From assembly GCA_052327205.1 (NCBI GenBank), contig CM126215.1, positions 109,120,001 through 109,184,000 on the forward strand: a stretch of 64,000 bases of DNA, in the 5' to 3' direction. Shown here in pieces: positions 34,859 to 48,562 of this stretch; position 1 is the first letter of the stretch, and each line of letters begins with the position of its first letter. The notes beneath the pieces are model-generated. The model searched no databases, was not told the DNA's origin, and saw only the letters and a program-made list of their open reading frames with translations. Both the position numbers and the translations under genes were made by a program. The DNA is from Somniosus microcephalus. Taxonomy: Eukaryota.

Positions 34859-37800
34859 CGGACAGTAGTTCCGAAGACCAGATGAGCGATAGTGAATCCG
34901 GGAACAAGAGACTAAGCTGTCTCAAACTTCACAACGTAATCGCAAAAGAGGATCACCGAACCATTTGGGTCACCCTCACGATAGCAGGGTCCCAAGTCAA
35001 AATGGAATTGGATACAGGATCAGCTCTAACCGTCATGAATCGACGCGACTATGAGCGGCTATTCTCACACATACCCTTGAGAGAGACATCCATTGTCTTG
35101 AGGATATATACGGGGCAAAAAGTATACCCCAGAGGAAAAATAAGGGTGCCTGTCGAATACAACGGCAAGAAAATACGGAAATTGTATCTCTACATTCTGC
35201 AAGATGGTGGACCACCGTTATTGGGACGTGAATGGATCAGAAAGATAAGTTTAGACTGGCACTCCATTCAGGCACTGACGGTGGCGGATAAAAAAGATGA
35301 CGACGTCACTCCTGGACGATTGTCAACAATCTTAGCTGACGCCAAAGAGGTATTTCAACAAGAACTGGGCACTCTTAAAGGCGTAACCGCCTCGATAAAA
35401 ATAGAGGAGAATGCAATTCCCAAGTTTTTCAAAGCAAGACCGGTACCATATGCAATTCGCCCAGCCGTCGAGGCAGAGCTGGAGAATCTGGAGCATGCAG
35501 GCGTGTTATCTAAGGTAGACTGGAGCGAGTGGGCGACACCCATCGTTCCTGTCATGAAGAAAACGTTAAGCAATAAGTCTGAGGAGCCAAGGAAGGTTCG
35601 CATCTGTGGGGACCTCAAGGTGACGGTGAACCCAGTCCTTCACACAGTACAATATCCTCTTCCAAAGATAGAAGATATCTTCGCCTCACTATCTGGAGGG
35701 AAGCGTTTTACAAAAATTGACCTAGCACAAGCATATTTGCAGATGGAGGTTGAAGAATCCTCTAGGAAATATCTCACGATAAACACTCACAAAGGTCTTT
35801 ACCAGTATAATCGACTGGTATTCGGAGTAGCATCAGCGCCGGCGATCTGGCAAAGAGCGATGGAACAAGTCCTGCAAGGGATTCCGGGGACTCAGTGTTA
35901 CTTGGACGACATCCTAGTGACAGGTGAAGATGACAGTGAACACCTTGCCAACCTAGAGCAGGTGCTCACTAGACTACGTGAACATGGGCTGCGAGCCAAT
36001 CGCCCCAAGTGTGAGTTTTTTAAGAAACAGATATCGTATTGTGGCCACGTGATTGATGAAGAGGGGTTGCATAAGTCCCCTGACAAAATTGAAGCGGTAG
36101 TTATGGCTCCGGTGCCTGAAAATGTGTCACAACTGAGGTCATTCCTCGGATTGGTGAATTACTACCATAAGTTTTTGCCGAATTTGTCCACAATTCTGAA
36201 TCCACTGAACACCCTACTACGAACGGGAGTAGCATGGAAATGGAGCGATGAATGTAAGCGGGCCTTTCAGGAGAGTAAGGACCTAATCACTTCAAGAAAA
36301 GTATTGGCTCACTACAACCCATCACTACCGATAAGGCTGGCGTGTGATGCGTCTCCCTACGGCATTGGGGCGGTACTGTCACATAAATTCCTTGATGGTT
36401 CAGAGAGGCCGATAGCTTTTGCGTCACGCTCGTTAACTTCAGCCGAGCGTAACTACGCTCAGATTGACAGAGAGGCCCTCAGCCTGGTGTGGGGGGTGAA
36501 GAAGTTCAATCACTACCTGCACGGTCAGAAATTTACTCTACTAACGGATCATCAACCTCTCGTCTCCATTTTCAACCCTCAGAAGGGCGTACCGATAATG
36601 ACGGCACAACGGCTGCAGAGGTGGTCCCTTTTCCTAGGGGCACACCACTATGACATCGAGTACAAGGGAACTAAACAGCATGGGAATGCTGATGGATTGT
36701 CGCGCCTACCGTTACCGATGGTGGAAGAAGAACTGGCGGTGGATCCAGTGGAGTTATTCCACTCGACTATAGTCGAATATCTCCCTGTGACGAATGCAAA
36801 CATAGAAAAGGAAACATGAAATGACCCGACACTCTCCAGGGTCTATGATTTAACGGTGAAGGGATGGCCAGCACATGGCCAACCACTGCTGCCAGCATTC
36901 TCGCCGAGAAGAGAACAGCTGTCAGTGTGCAGGGGGACCTTGATGTGTGGATCCAGAGTAGTAATTCCACCTAAATTGACGGATAGAGTGCTCAATGAGC
37001 TTCATGAGGGTCATCTGGGTGGGGTAAAAATGAAGAACTTAGCCAGAGCGTTTGTGTGGTGGCCGGGAATCGATAGAGAAATCGAAGAGATGACCAAGAG
37101 CTGTACAGGATGCCAGAAGGTCCAAAACGCCCCACCATAAGCTCCTCTACATCCATGGGAGTGGCCCTCATCTCCATGGCAAAGGGTGCACATTGATTTT
37201 GCTGGTCCCTTTATGGACTCGATGTTTTTAATTGCAGTGGATGCACATTCAAAGTGGCCAGAGGTAATAAAAATGTCCTCAACCACCACAGAAAAAACCA
37301 TCACAGTCTTACGAACCATATTCGCCAGAAATGGGCTGCCTGAACAGATTTGCTCTGACAATGGACCACAGTTTGTGCCTGAAGAGTTCCGGAGGTTCTT
37401 AAAGAACAATGGTGTTAAGCATTACACATCCGCCCCATATCATCCAGCCACTAATGGATTGGCCGAGAGGTTTGTTCAAACATTCAAGAAGGCTATCAAG
37501 GCAATGTGTAATGAAGATATACCCCTACAACACAAGGTGGATAACTTCTTGTTTGCCTACCAGAATGCGACACATGCGGTTACCAACCAAACTCCAGCCA
37601 TGATGTTCTTCAATCGAAGACTACGATGCCGCTTGGATTTGGTTAAGCCAAACGTCCGAAGAGATGTGGAGAACAGGCAGTTTCAGAATATGAATGAAAG
37701 GCCGACCAGGAGTTTTAAGATAGGCCAACCAGTTTTGGCCCGGGACTACCGCACAGAGAAATGGCAGCCAGGAACGATCTGCACACGGCAAGGACCTCTA

Positions 37801-38073
37801 ATGTATACCGTGGACGTTGGAGAGAGTATTGTAAGACGCCATGCTGACCAGATTCTAGAGTCACTGGAAAACATCAACTCCACACCACGATCTGATACAC
37901 CTGGCGATGAAACCGAAGTACCAATTGCATCTACCGCAGAATCGGTGATATTGGAAGCAGATGAACCAAACAACGACATTGATCCCGATTCAACCTCACC
38001 AGAAGAACCTAATACCCCAAAGAGGCGTTATCCAGACAGAATCAGGAAGCCTCCTCAAAGACTGAACTTATAA
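34855..38073 (+). pseudogene. pol: Gypsy Pol (PR-RT-RNaseH-IN) with two in-frame stops
   Basis: LDTGS, YLDD, CDASPYG, HEGH..CTGC, HIDFAG, SDNGPQF, NGLAERF; stops at 36817 and 37138. Confidence 0.9.
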
Positions 38074-38175
38074 TTGCTTAACCTCAACCAATGTATCTAG
38101 CAACCGTAATTGTAGTTAGTTATTATTTAGTTGTTAAATGAATGTTATGTACTGTTTAGCTAAAAGGGGAGGAAT

Positions 38176-38356
38176 TGTTGTGTATGTACCTTTAAGGGAA
38201 TAACTGGTCTCAGACTGCAGTACCGGCAGTGACCACCCCTGTATAAAAGGCACTAACAGCCTTCTGTAGTTTCAGTTTCCCGTTTGTCTCCATTCAGTAA
38301 AGACTTGTTATGATCAACTCCTGCTGTCCGTGTCTCAATTATACACGGACATAATA
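38176..38356 (+). repeat. Gypsy 3' LTR
   Basis: Identical to 33279-33459, preceded by the PPT. Confidence 0.95.
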
Positions 38357-40816
38357 GGCACAATCTCTCCTCATACATCATTCCTGCCATCCCAGGTATC
38401 AGCCTGATGAATCTTCGCTGCACTCCCTCCATGGTAAGAACGTCCTTCCTCATGTAAGGTGACCAAAACTGCACACAATACTCAAGGTGCGGTGTCACCA
38501 AGGCCCTGTACAACTGTAGCAAGACATCCTTGTTCCTGTACTCGAATCCTCTTGCTACGAAGGCCAACATACCATTTGCCTTCTTAACCGCCTGCTGCAC
38601 CTGCATGCTTACCTTCAGCGACTGGTGCACAATAGCACCCAGGTCTCTTTGCACTTTCCCTTCTCTCAATCTATTGCCATTCAGATAATAATCTGCCTTC
38701 CTGTTTTTGCCACCAAAGTGGATAACCTCACATTTATCCACATTATAGTGCATTTGCCATGTTTCTGCCCAATCACCCAACCTGTCCAAATCGTACTGGA
38801 GTTTCACGACATCCTCCTCACAGCTTACCCTCCCACCCAGCTTTGTGTCGTCTGCAAATTTGGAGATATTACATCCAATTCCCTCGTCCAGATCATTAAT
38901 ATATATTGTGAACAGCTGGGGTCCTAGGACCGATCCTTGCGGTACCCCACTAGTCACTGCCTGCCACTCGGAAAATGACCCGTTTATTCCAACTCTTTGC
39001 TTTCTGTCCGCCAACCAGTTCTCTATCCAAGTCAATACCTTGCCCCCAATCCCATGTGCCTTAATTTTGCACGCTAATCTCTTATGTGGGACCTTATCGA
39101 AAGCCTTCTGAAAGTCCAAATACACCACATCCACTGGTTCTCCCTTATCTATTTTACCAGTTACATCTTAAAAAAATTCCAGTAGATTAGTCCAGCATGA
39201 TTTACCTTTTGTAAATCCATGTTGACTTTGTCCGATCTTGTCACTGCTTTCCAAGTGCTCTGCTATTACATCTTTTATGATAGACTCTAGCATTTTCCCC
39301 ACTACTGATGTCAGGCTTACTGGTCGATAATTCCCTGCATTTTCTCTACCACCTTTTTTGAATAGTGGGGTAACATTAGCTACCCTCCAATCCATGGGCA
39401 CCGTTCCAGAGTCTATCGAGTTCTGGAAGATGACCAGCAATGCATCTACTATCTCTAGGGCCACTTCCTTAAGTACCCTGGGATGTAGGCCATCAGGCCC
39501 TGGGGATTTATCGGCCTTCAGTCCCATCAATTTTCCTAACACCATTTCCCTACAAATACTGATTTCTTTCAGTTCCTCCCTTTCATCAGACCCTATGTTC
39601 CCCAGCATCTCTGGGAGGTTATTTGTGTCCTCCTTTGTGAAGACAGAACCAAAGTATGTATTTAGTTGGTCTGCCATTTCCTTGTTTCCCATTATAAATT
39701 CCCCTGATTCTGACTGTAAGGGACCTATGCTTGACTTCACCAATCTTTTTCTCTTCACATATCTATAAAAGCTTTTACAGTCAGTTTTTATGTTCCATGC
39801 TAGCTTACTCTCATATTCTATTTTCCCTTTCTTAATTAATCCCTTTGTCCTCCTTTGTTGAATCCTAAACTGCTCCCAATCCTCAGGATTATTGCTTTTT
39901 CTAGCCAATTTATATGTCCTCTCCTTGGATCTTATGCTGTCCCTAATTTCCCTTGTTAGCCACGGTTGAGTCACCTTTTTTGTTTTATTTTTATGCCAAA
40001 CTGGGATGAACAAATTCTGTAGCTCATCCATTTGGTCTTTGAATGTTTGCCATTGCCTATCCACCGTCAACCCTTTGAGTGCCATTCCCCAATCAATCCT
40101 ACCCAACTCGCTCCTCAGACCATCGTAGTTTCCTTTATTTAAATTGAGGACCCTTGTCTCTGAGTCAACTACTTCATTCTCCATCTTAATGAAGAATTCG
40201 ATCATATTATGATCGCTCCGACCCAAGGGGCCTCGTACAACAAGATTGCTAATTAATCCTTTCTTGTTACATAATACCCAGTCTAAGATGGCCTGATCTC
40301 TGGTTGGTTCCTCGACATATTGGTCCAGGAAACCATCCCATAAACACTCCAGGAATTCCTCCTCCACAGTATTGTTACTAATTTGGTTGGCCCAATCTAT
40401 ATGTAGATTAAAGTCACCCATGATGACTGCTGTGCCCTTATTGCACGCTTCTTTAATTTCCCTTTTAATGCCATCCCCAACCTCCGCCTTACTGTTTGGA
40501 GATCTATATACCACTCCCACTAATGTTTTTTTCCCCTTAGTATTTCTCAATTCTACCCATACAGATTCCACATCATCAGAGCTAATATCCTTCATTACAA
40601 TTGTATTAATCCCTTCTTTAACCAGTAATGCTACCCCACCTCCCTTTCCTTTTTGCCTATCTTTCCTGAATATCGAATACCCCTGGATGTTGAGTTCCCA
40701 GTCTTGGCCATCCTTGAGCCACGTTTCCGTAATCCCAACCAAATCATATTAGTTTACCTCTATTTGCGCAGCCAATTCATCCACCTTATTACAAATGCTT
40801 CTCGCATTAAGACACA
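38357..40816 (-). mobile_element. CR1 LINE ORF2 (APE endonuclease plus RT)
   Basis: GITETW, GDFN, SDHN endonuclease motifs; PGPDG, NYRPVSLTS, PQGSVLGP, FADD. Confidence 0.95.
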
Positions 40817-40859
40817 AATCTGCCCACACTGCTTTATTTTCCCTCTCTGCAAAGACATT

Positions 40860-42950
40860 GGCCTAGAAATTGGCCCACTTACCGCCACGAGTCACTGCCG
40901 CGATCAGATCTAAAAATGGCGGCTGCCACTCTAGTGCCATTCTGTGTTGTGGGACTTGGCGGCCGCCATTTTGCTGAGGGCCTTAGCACTTATCGGCACC
41001 GTTGGCCCTGGAAATGTAAATTAAGAGAGGGTGCAGGCCAACTCAATGTCACCTCAGTGAACTTGGACCTTAGCGCTGAGTTCAGCGCTGGCTCCTAAGC
41101 TTGCCATGAAGACCCAGTGTTCAGCAGACTGAGGGACACACACATCTTTCAAGTAAGTTTGCATTTAAGCTTTTGGACTGGATTTTTTTTATTGCAGTAG
41201 TGGCTTGGTGCAATACATGTTAAAAGCAGGGAGTGCTGCTGGATGCTTGCAAGGTCTCAGATGGCAAAGGAAGGCCTCTGAAAAGACAGAAAATGCTGGA
41301 AATGCTCAGCAGGTCAGGCAGCATCCATGGGGAGAGAAACATAGTTGACGTCTCAGGTTGAGATGCTGCCTGACCTGCTGAGTATTTCTAGCATTTTATG
41401 CTTTTATTTCAGATTTACAGCATCTGCTCGCAGATGGAAAAGGACGACGCAGAAAAGGAGGAAACAGCAGAAGGATGCAACCCAGACAGCCCCTTTCAGG
41501 CTGGGATATCCGGGATGGAATCATCCACCACTGGTACCAGTGACCACAACCCCAATTCCCCTTTCAACATTTGTCCCATACCTTACTTTCCCTCTGTTAC
41601 TGACCATCACAGTGTCCTCTTGGCCATGATGCTGAAATAAAAGCCACCACAAAGCAAACTTTTCAATTCAACTTTATACACCTATCCATCCAATATGACA
41701 TCAATAAATCAACTCTTCGCCCTTATGCATTTCCTTGGTGACTGTCTTGTGTGTGCCTTTGCCTACCGTACTGATGTCACGCTGTGTTACCCCAGTGGCT
41801 GCAGCATGGCTGGTAGAAGGCTGCTGACTTTCAGTGGGGGACATTGCAAATGGCCTTGCTGGTCAACTTTGAGGAGCTAGAAGCTGGGAATGTCAAATCG
41901 AGTGATGGTGTTTCGTCTTCTTCTTCACTCTCCTCTCCCTCTTCTTGGTCAACCACTGGCTGGGCAGGCTGCATTTCTTGGGTGTGTGAAATGAGGAAGA
42001 CATAAGGGTGGAGTTGTGGTGAGGGGAGGGCGGGAAAGCGAAAGGTGCATGCAAGAATGAGGATAATGTATGAGGATACCAGGATCTTGTAGCCTTTCAG
42101 CCCTTCTTCTAGCCAAGGGTACAACCATGCCCCTGCCAAGAATGGCCTGCAGCGTCTCCTCCAAGGGGGTGAGGTTAAGCTAAGAGTGGAAGGTGTGCTT
42201 CTTATTAGTAGGTAAGTGAGTGGGGGAGGTGGGTGGTCGTGTATTGAGCAGTGTGTGAGGCTAGTGGTGCAGTTGGTAGCAGACGGCTCTTGAAGATGCA
42301 TTCACTGACCTTGACCACTGGTCTGTGGTCATGAAGCTTCTTTGGCCACTGGAGCCAGGTGGTGGGGACAACACTGTTGGTTGGCAGTGAGGGCCTTGGT
42401 GATCTGGTTCCACATCGTTCTTTCTTGAGGGCTTCCTGGCTCCTGTGGGTAGAGGAGCTTTCTTGCAGTGTTGACCCCCTGTACAAAGTTGGACTGCACG
42501 TCTGAGATCCTGGGTGCCCCTTTCCTGGCTTGCTGAGCCACTTTTCCCATTTTTTTTAGGTGCGGAAGGCAATTCAGCTTTAAGAGCTGAAGACTCCCAT
42601 TTGGGAATTCTTTTTAATGTTAATTTTTTTCCAGAAGGCAGTTGAGCTGTAAGAGCTGAACACTACATATTTTTACATCATTTTTATTTTAACATTTCAG
42701 AAGGCATTGCCCTTTTAAGATCCCATAATGCTTTGCGAAATCACAGCCTACTTTTCAGAGGCTGTTGAAGTTGCAACGCCGCTTGGGCACACCACATTGG
42801 GGCCTGATACCAGGACCAACGCCACCAGGAGGGCGTTAGTGAATTTAGCACTGGGCTAATAACCATTAGTCCCCAGTGCCAATTTTTCAGTCCTGCTAGC
42901 GCCACCATTTTTGGCGGCTGCTAACCCCCGGCTGCGGTGGCACCGGCAGC
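40860..42950. mobile_element. Decayed internally deleted Harbinger element
   Basis: Left end GGCCTAGAAATT; minus-strand Myb-like remnant ARKGAPRISD...TMWNQITKALT (42329-42550) and an acidic exon remnant; right boundary uncertain. Confidence 0.55.
41283..41427. repeat. Palindromic Penelope-tail element
   Basis: AAAATGCTGGAAATGCTCAGCAGGTCAGGCAGCATC ... GATGCTGCCTGACCTGCTGAGTATTTCTAGCATTTT. Confidence 0.75.
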
Positions 42951-43456
42951 TTTCGTGATGGCCACTGGTACCAGCTCGCATCAGCTGAGGTCCATCCAAT
43001 CTGTACAGGTTTCCCAATACAGAAGCTGTCCTAATGTCCTAGGAATCTGAAGCCCTCTTTCTAGTCAAGGATTGACATGTCTAGTCTGCTTCTCCCTAAA
43101 TTGTCCAACATGTGCCACTGGGAATAATTCTGAGATTACTATCATTGAGGTCTTACACTTTAGACGAGAATTAACTCCTTATATTCCTCTACAAAACTGC
43201 TATCCTTTCTTAGCTCATTGTGAACCACATCTTCTAGCTATTTTCCCTCAATTTTCCGATGTTCTTCCCCACCCACTCTTATATGCTTTACCTTGGCACC
43301 GGAGAGGCAACACATCATTTGGGACTCTGAGTCATGTATGCAAAGCAAACTATCTATCTAAATAATTATCAAATCCTCCACAACTACCGCTCTCCCATTC
43401 TCTTGGCCAATGTTTCTCTATTCCCCATGGTTTTGCTTTTGATTATCCTGCCCTGT

Positions 43457-43880
43457 AGAACATAAGAATTAGGAGCAGGAGTAGGCCATACAGCCTGCTC
43501 TGCCATTCAATAAGATCATGGCTGATCTTCGATCTCAACTCCACTTTCCTGACCTATCCCCATATCTCTTAATTCCACTGGAGTCCAGAAATCTATCTAC
43601 CTTAGCCTTGAATATACTCAACGACTGAGCATCCACAGCACTTTGGGGTAGAGACTTCCAAAGATTCACAACCCTGTGAGTGAAGAAATGTCGCCGTATC
43701 TCAGTCCTAAAGGGCTGGTCCCTTATCCTGAGACTATACCTCCTAGTTTTAGACTCTCCAGCCAGGGGAAACAATCTCTCAGCATCTACCCTGTCAATCC
43801 CCCTCAGAATTTTATTTGTTTCAATGAGATCACCTCTCATTCTTCTAAACTCCAGTGAGTATAGGCCCAATCTACTCAAT
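43457..43880 (-). mobile_element. CR1 3' end
   Basis: LSRLGLYSLEFRRMRGDLIE; CR1 tail. Confidence 0.85.
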
Positions 43881-44489
43881 GGCTTGGTGATGAAGAAAAA
43901 ATATATATTTTTATTTTTTAAAAGAGTTTCTTTCACTGTCAGGAACTGGACAATGCCTCCTTGTTTCCCTCTCTCATTTCAATTCACTAGACAATATCTT
44001 CCTGATCTTAGATATTCTATATCTTGGGAGCATCTGAGCAGATTCCAGGCTTTTTCCAAAGGGAGTGAGTCACCCCTGGAATCACTCCTATTGAGTGGGT
44101 TATACAGCCAAAGAGCTAGAAGCAAGTTGAATAGCTTGAGGAAGGGTGAGTGTTGGGAGGAGCCCGAAAGAAAATTGATTTAACCCCTTCCCCACCCCCA
44201 ATTTTTTTGTTTTTCAATTTTCTCTCCACTTTCCCAACAGTGCTGACTCTTGCTGTGGCCTGGTTCCTTGAAGGCCACCTGCCCTTCAGTGCTTTGTTCA
44301 AGTGGCAATTCTAAATTAATAAACATAAATGGTGAGCAAGGGCAGATGACTTGACTGTAAGGACATCGCAGTTGAATCAATCCTATCTTCACCCAATGCC
44401 CAAATGCAAGCACTTTTTCAACAGGGGTCACAGGACAATAATCAGGGCTTCTGCACCTGCCCTGTATTTTCCTTTCCTCTGGGGCACTG

Positions 44490-44950
44490 AAAGAAAGACT
44501 TGCATTTCTATAGCGCCTTTAACAACCTCAGGACATCCCAAAGCACTTTACAGCAAATGAAGTACTTTTGAAGTGTAGTCACTGTTGTAATGTAGGAAAA
44601 GCGGCAGCCAATTTGCGCACAGCAAGCTCCCACAAATATCAATGATAATGACCAGATAATCTGTTTTTTTTAGTGATGTTGGTTGAGGGATAAATATTGG
44701 CCAGGACACCAGGGAGAACTCCCCTGCTCTTCAAAATAGTGCCATGGGATCTTTTACGTCCACCTGAGAGGGCAGACGCTACCTGGGTGTAACGTCTCAT
44801 CCGAAATATGGCACCTCTGACCCTGCAGCACTCCCTCGGTACTGCACCGAACTGCCAGCCCAGATTTTTGAGCTCAAGTTTCTGCAGTGGGACTTGAACA
44901 CACGACCTTCGGACTCGAAGGCGAGAGTGGTACCAAGTGGGCCACGGCTG
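44490..44950 (-). mobile_element. Deu-SINE (SacSINE1-like)
   Basis: Reverse-complement match to 22090-22558. Confidence 0.85.
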
Positions 44951-45650
44951 ATGCGGCTGAGGTCAACTGCCGTCTAAACATCCGCCCTAATTCAGAATTC
45001 AAATTGTGCTGAAGGATTTCATGGAGGGGCAGAAGGGGTTGCAGAGAGAGCAATATCCAAAATGTTAGGGGCTTTGCGTCAAAAGTGTACAGATGCCATC
45101 TGCTGGTGCAACGTCATCAAGCTCCACAGCAAACCAAATAGGGGTACTTCTGGAAATGCTACTCCCTCAGGCAGGGGGGCGCCAATCAACACAGAATTAA
45201 TGCTTACAAATTAGAATTGATTCCTCAAAATTACTTCCCTGGTGAGGTGCGTGCTGAAATACATAACAGAGCACTGTTGAAAAAACCCAACTGTAAAAAG
45301 GGTCTTGATTCACTTGTAATTATTTTTGGCAAAAGGAGCAAGGTGAGGGGCAGATTGACACTTGGCCACAAAGAGCACTGGAGAGAACTTGTTCTAGTAC
45401 TTGGCGTGAATCGGGTGCAAGAATTTAAACATTAATTTAATCCTACTGCAGGGTTATTTTACTGTATTCAGTTTTTGTATTAACAGCCCCCCCTCGTGTT
45501 ATATTTGGCTAAAAATGGGGGTGGGGGTGGGGGGAAATAACCCAAGTAGGTAGCACATTTCATTTCAATGTAATCAGGACTTTTCAAATGTCATATTTTC
45601 CTGCCTCTCTAACAGAGGCTGTGTTTCACTGACAAGTGCCCATCAGCCTA

Positions 45651-45814
45651 GCCCCGATTTTAACCTAACCTACTCAGAGGAAATGGGTCGAACATCCGTT
45701 TTATACCCCACCCAATTTTACGCACTGACTTCAATGGAGCGCAAAATGGCGTTTAAATGGGCCTCCGACCACAACCCATCCTGTTTGCCGAATGGATTAG
45801 GATAAATTCGGGTC
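45651..45814. mobile_element. Small putative MITE
   Basis: Imperfect TIR GCCCCGATTTTAACCTAA / TTAGGATAAATTCGGGTC. Confidence 0.35.
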
Positions 45815-46294
45815 TCATATTTTTTTTTCCCCCCACGATTTTCTCTGACTCTCCCTTCCTTTCCTCATGACCCTGGGAACTGACTTGCGGAAAAGCTCTG
45901 CACTCAGCAGAGGCTGGGATTCCGTCTCCAAACTGCTGATGACCTGGGGTTTGGAAGGCTAGCCGGGGTCAGCAGTGGCACATCTCTGTGGCAGGCAGAA
46001 GTCCCACCCCCTCATCTCCCGGCGATGCACTCCAATCAAAGCGGGGCAGAAGATCCTGGCTGGCGTATCGGCAGACTATTTAACCACAGTGGCATCACAA
46101 TCCTGTCCTTACCCAATCTGCATATTGCAGCGGGGGGTCACTGAACAATGTGTGAACCTTAGCTGACCTTTGCCCTCACTAACCCAGAGGTATTAAGGTT
46201 AGTTGTAGCAGTTCTGATGCCACCCCCGCTGCAATCAGCTAGCCCTGACCGAGGTTTGAAACTGGAATTTTCAACATCTCCTACACACATTAAA

Positions 46295-46985
46295 AAAAGA
46301 GCTTGCATTTATATAACACTTTATCATGTCCACAGGATCTCCCAAAGAACATGACATTCAGCAGTTGCTGTTGTCATAGTTGCAAATGTGGCAGCCAATC
46401 TGCCCACAGCAAGATCCCACAAACAGAAAATTAATGAATGAGGGCATAATTTCAGAATAAGGGGGCACCCTTTTAAATCGGAAATGAGGAGCAATTTCTT
46501 CTCTCAGAGGGTCGTGAATCTTTGGAATTCTCTTACCCAGAGAGCTGTGGAGGCTGAGTCATTAAGGTGGAGATAGACAAATGTTTGAACGATAAGGGAG
46601 TCAAGGGTTATGGGGAGCGGGCAGGGAAGTGGAGTTGAGACCAAGATGAGATCAGCCATGATCTTATTGAATTTATGTCAGTAAATAAATAAATAGAGCA
46701 GGCTCGAGGGGCCAAATGACCTACTCCTGCTCCTATGTCTTATGTTCTTATAATCTGTTGAGTGAGGAAGGAATGTTGGCTAGAACACCGGGAGAACTCC
46801 TGTCCTTCTTTGAATAGTGCCATGGGAGCTTTTATACCCACCTGAGCAGATTGATAGAGCCTTGGTTTAACATTGCATTCAAGTGATGAGGCCTCTGACA
46901 ATACAGCACTCCTTCAGTAGTACCTTGCACAGTGTCCGGTTAAATTATGTGGTGAAGTCTATGGTGGGCCTTGAACCAAAATTCT
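46295..46985 (-). mobile_element. Deu-SINE interrupted by a plus-strand CR1 3' end (46441-46750)
   Basis: SINE halves flank CR1 sequence (RSNFFSQRVVNLWNS plus tail). Confidence 0.7.
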
Positions 46986-47154
46986 TCAGAGCTAACAGTG
47001 TTATCAATTGGCAAAAAATCCAAAGCAGTGCACCCACAATCTCGTGACATGTGCTCCCAGCGGGTGAGGCTCCCAGCTGCGAGCACACTCTTTCAAATCA
47101 TCGCTTTTGTCACAAAACCTAACATGTGATGTCTTAAACTGAAAAAGAACTCTT

Positions 47155-48217
47155 GGGGTAGAGTTTCCGCTTCGGGCACAATCAGCAATCCGGGCGCAAA
47201 TTGAGAAGTTTTTTTTTCTCAAGTTTCCCTCAAACTTCGCCGAACGCAAAATCTGCCATGAACCGGTGCAATAAGGCAGCGTTTTTAGAACATAATACTT
47301 CTAAAAAATATATTCCTTGATGTATTTAAGAGTACTAACCTGGTGCAATTTGATTAATACAGCTGAAAACTGGTTTATCACAAAAACGAAGCATTTCCAC
47401 CCATAAGTAACCTGATTTTAAATAACTGAAAATTACTTTAAAAAAACTATACAGAACCATTTGCTAGTTATATTGGTGGACAGTAGTCAGTTTCTCAGTA
47501 AATTAAAAAAAAAATTTACGCACTGTGTACACACCTTTAGGGACATCGGAAATGCAAGTTTCAGGCATGCGCTGAAAACCGGCATTTCCGTTCTGTTAAG
47601 AATGCTCTTGACAGATCGGACGCCTGCCCTGGAGAAAGGCCTCTGCGGGTGGAGAGTTCCGCTTTCTGCACAACCTCCGCCCGCAGAAATCTTACGCCTG
47701 GTGAAAGCAGGCGTACGGCCGCCAGCATAAGAGGTTAAAAAAGTATTTTAAAAATGTTCACTCATTTATAATTCTAAAATACATACTTTTAAAAAAGGTA
47801 AGTTTATTTTTAGCCCTGTAAAAAACTTTAATGTTTTTTCAAAAAATTAAATTTTTGTTTAAAATATTTAATTTAATGTAATTTTAACTCATTTTAAAAA
47901 CATGATGGTTTCTTAAAAATGTATTCACTGTTTTAGTGTCTTTTTGGGGTGATCTCCATTCATATATTTGACAGGTCTATCTGTCAAAAGTATGAAGGGA
48001 GGTTCCCTTCTCCTATTGGCTGGCCTGGCCCACGTGATCCCAGGGACGCTTGCGAACCGCCTACGCCCCTGGGATACGTGGGCCCTGCGCATTTCGAGTT
48101 TGGAGAGGCCCAGGAGCGGAAGTGTCCAGACCTCGGGAGCCCTCAGGTAAGTTCGTAGATTTTTTCCCGATAGGAGGCCTCCGCACGCAGGAAGCCTCCT
48201 ATCGGAAATTACAGGCC
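47155..48217. mobile_element. Probable non-autonomous DNA transposon or composite
   Basis: Ends GGGGTAGAGTTTCCG and CGGAAATTACAGGCC are only partly complementary; GC-rich subterminal blocks around an AT-rich core. Confidence 0.3.
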
Positions 48218-48562
48218 AATATTTGATACCAAGTATAGCATGCCAAATGCATAGATTATAATATAAATGTGGATAGAATCCTGACTGGTCATAGGGGTCT
48301 ATGTTACAATGGGGAACAGGAAGCTTATTAAAGCAAGTAATCAGTGGACCGTTGGGTCCTGATCCCTTTAAGGACATGCGTGACACAATTTTTAAAAATT
48401 GGCGGCACTCAACTTGTTTGCCACAGGCTCCATCCAGGCAACAAATCACAATGAAGCACGTTAGAGAGGCAGGAACATCAATCAGACAGTTAGCGTGCTT
48501 TATACACAGCAAGTACTGTATACATCGATTTCGTACCGCTAATTTGATCAAGTACCAACATC

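Larger units (their letters stand above)
33279..38356 (+). mobile_element. Full-length Ty3/Gypsy (Mag-like) LTR retrotransposon
   Basis: Identical 181-bp LTRs; PBS TGGCGATGAG at 33461; PPT 38162-38174; 5-bp TSD GACAC/GGCAC; gag-PR-RT-RH-IN order. Confidence 0.95.

Noticed and set aside
38253-38356. Novel C-terminus on the CR1 RT ORF 38253-39134
   Set aside because: Read-through into the antisense Gypsy LTR at the insertion junction
47925-48551. 208-aa minus-strand ORF
   Set aside because: Spans unrelated repeat pieces and the LINE boundary; no coding signature
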